A stretch of DNA of 64,000 nucleotides. It comes from Squalus acanthias. Taxonomy: Eukaryota. Under the pieces are notes generated by a model. The model did no database searches and was not told the origin of the DNA. It saw only the letters and a list, made by a program, of their open reading frames with translations. Positions 62,285-64,000 of the stretch are shown here, one piece after another. How positions within the stretch are numbered: position 1 is the first letter of the stretch; the number at the start of each line of letters is the position of its first letter. The DNA lies in NCBI GenBank assembly GCA_030390025.1, contig CM059431.1:96660001-96724000 (forward strand), read 5' to 3'. A program made the translations under genes and the position numbers.

Positions 62285-62492
62285 GTAGGAACACAAGTAG
62301 GCTAGTCAGCCCCTCGAGCCTGTTCAGCCATTCAATGGGTTCATGGCTGATCTGTATCTTAACTCCATCCACCTGCCTTGACTCCATATCCCTTTATACC
62401 CTTGTCTAACAACAATCTATTGCTCAGATTTAAAATTATTAACTGAGCTAGCATCTACTGCTTTTTGTGGGAGAGAATTCCACACTTCTACC
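62285..62492 (-). mobile_element. Old CR1 3' tail
   Basis: CCCTCGAGCCTG..CCATTCAAT..TCATGGCTGATCT; GAGAGAATTCCACA. Confidence 0.75.
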
Positions 62493-63767
62493 CTAACCCA
62501 AAGCCACAACCAGTTTTCCCATCCTGTTCAACCCAACCCAGGCCTACTGTCAAATGGGGCAAGAACTTCCTGCCACCCACAGCAAACATCAGGAGAAGGA
62601 CATGTGCCGAGCAGGGATGGTGGATGCACAGTGTCTCGAGTTAGGAAAAAGCCAAGTGTTATGTGTGTCCCTTTCTGCAGGCCCATCTCCCCCAAGGCCA
62701 CAACTTGACCTCAGAATGGGTACAGTCCCACCCAGTCCCCACCTGGCTCCAGGTACCACTACAACCTGGTGGCCAATGAGAAACCTCCAACTGCTGCCCC
62801 CTGCGACATGAGCCTCCTATGACAGATGTGAACTTGCTGACTGGAAACTGCACCCAAGCACAATAACTGACCAGTTGTACAGGATCCACAGTGTAACCAT
62901 CTCCAAGTATGTTGTACGAACCCTCAGTCAAGTCAAGGAAGCGCAATAGCGAACTTCCTGTTGCTGTCACAGCCTTGCCCCACAACAGAAATGGAGCAAG
63001 CATGTTCTCCAATTTCATTCTTGTTGCTGCAAGGAGCTGCCAAACTGCTAGACAGAAAGATTGGAGGCAAAGTCATGTTCAAGTTGCTGTCCTGTGATAA
63101 CCAGCTCCAAGCAGCTGCAGCAAAGACATGAACAAACAAAAGAAAACTGAAAATGCTGGCATTTTGTTTTTTGTAGCTTGTTATCTGTAACACTGCAGTC
63201 TTCAAAAGGTTTGCACAATGAAATCAATGTCAAAATTAGCAGTCAGCCAGCAAGAACAAACAGATAAACAGACTAATGCTGTCCGATTAAAGCTGCTTAT
63301 CTTAAGAGTATTAACTTCGCATTGATGGAAATGTCAGGTAAATTTTCACCATGAGTGAGATTTTTTGAGCAAAAAGACTGAGATTGCAAGCCAGTTCAAA
63401 GCAGAGTTGGTTTACTTAGTTAATAGTAAGACAGAAATAGTCGGTGGTTAACCAGACCAATAAGAAATGACAAGTCTTACACACTAGCTAGCAGCAAGAT
63501 TGTGTAGGCCCCTCATTTAATCTCGTCTGATCCTGCACTAGCAATTTGTAAATTATTACATCAGCACCAGATTGGCAGCACAGTCCCTATCAGCAGTCAG
63601 CAGCAGTAGATCCAACAGTGTAAAATGGTGCTTTTAATCTCCAGCTGCACATCAGTCTTGTTCCACATTATCACACACAAGTAAAGTGCACCTCTTGCTG
63701 GTACTCACAAGGAAAATGATTTATCTCATCTCTTTGTGCATTCAGAAATTATCGAATAATATTGGTG

Positions 63768-64000
63768 TCAGTTTGGCTCAGTGGGTAGCACTCTCACCTG
63801 ACTCAGAAGGATGTGGATTCAAGCACCACGCCAGCCCCTGATCTAGACTGACAATCCCAGTGCAGTACTGAGCTGAACTGTCAGAGGGGCAATACTGAGG
63901 GAGCGCCGCACTGTCAGAGGGGCAGTACTGAGGGAGTGCTGCACTGTCAGAGGGGCAGTACTGAGGGAACGCCGCACTGTCGGAGGGGCAGTACTGAGGG
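63768..64000 (+). repeat. DeuSINE head running into a 33-bp minisatellite derived from the SINE body
   Basis: TGGCTCAGTGG / GATTCAAGC boxes, then CAGTACTGAGGGAGTGCTGCACTGTCAGAGGGG units at 63890, 63923, 63956, 63989. Confidence 0.85.

Overview
Eukaryotic, transposon-saturated genomic DNA. It is probably from a cartilaginous fish; this is inferred from the dense CR1 LINEs and a SacSINE1-like DeuSINE. No host gene is recognisable, only a few candidate minus-strand exons. The window holds more than 15 CR1 fragments (one near full length with a zinc-finger/SGNH-esterase ORF1), L2 pieces, an old fragmented Gypsy, a solo LTR, two MITEs, three minisatellites and a polypurine tract containing an assembly gap. 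Main points of interest: (1) a young Neptune-type Penelope insertion forming an apparently perfect 1820-bp-arm palindrome with a 35-bp spacer, a 15-bp TSD and a hammerhead ribozyme on each arm; (2) six hammerhead motifs from two Penelope families; (3) a Gypsy element with no tRNA PBS but an 11-nt LTR-complementary site, suggesting self-priming or polyA occlusion; (4) an ORF1-less LINE with a tRNA-like Pol III head, plus three internally deleted SINE-like derivatives in the same window. Coordinates were read by eye and element boundaries may be off by a few bases.
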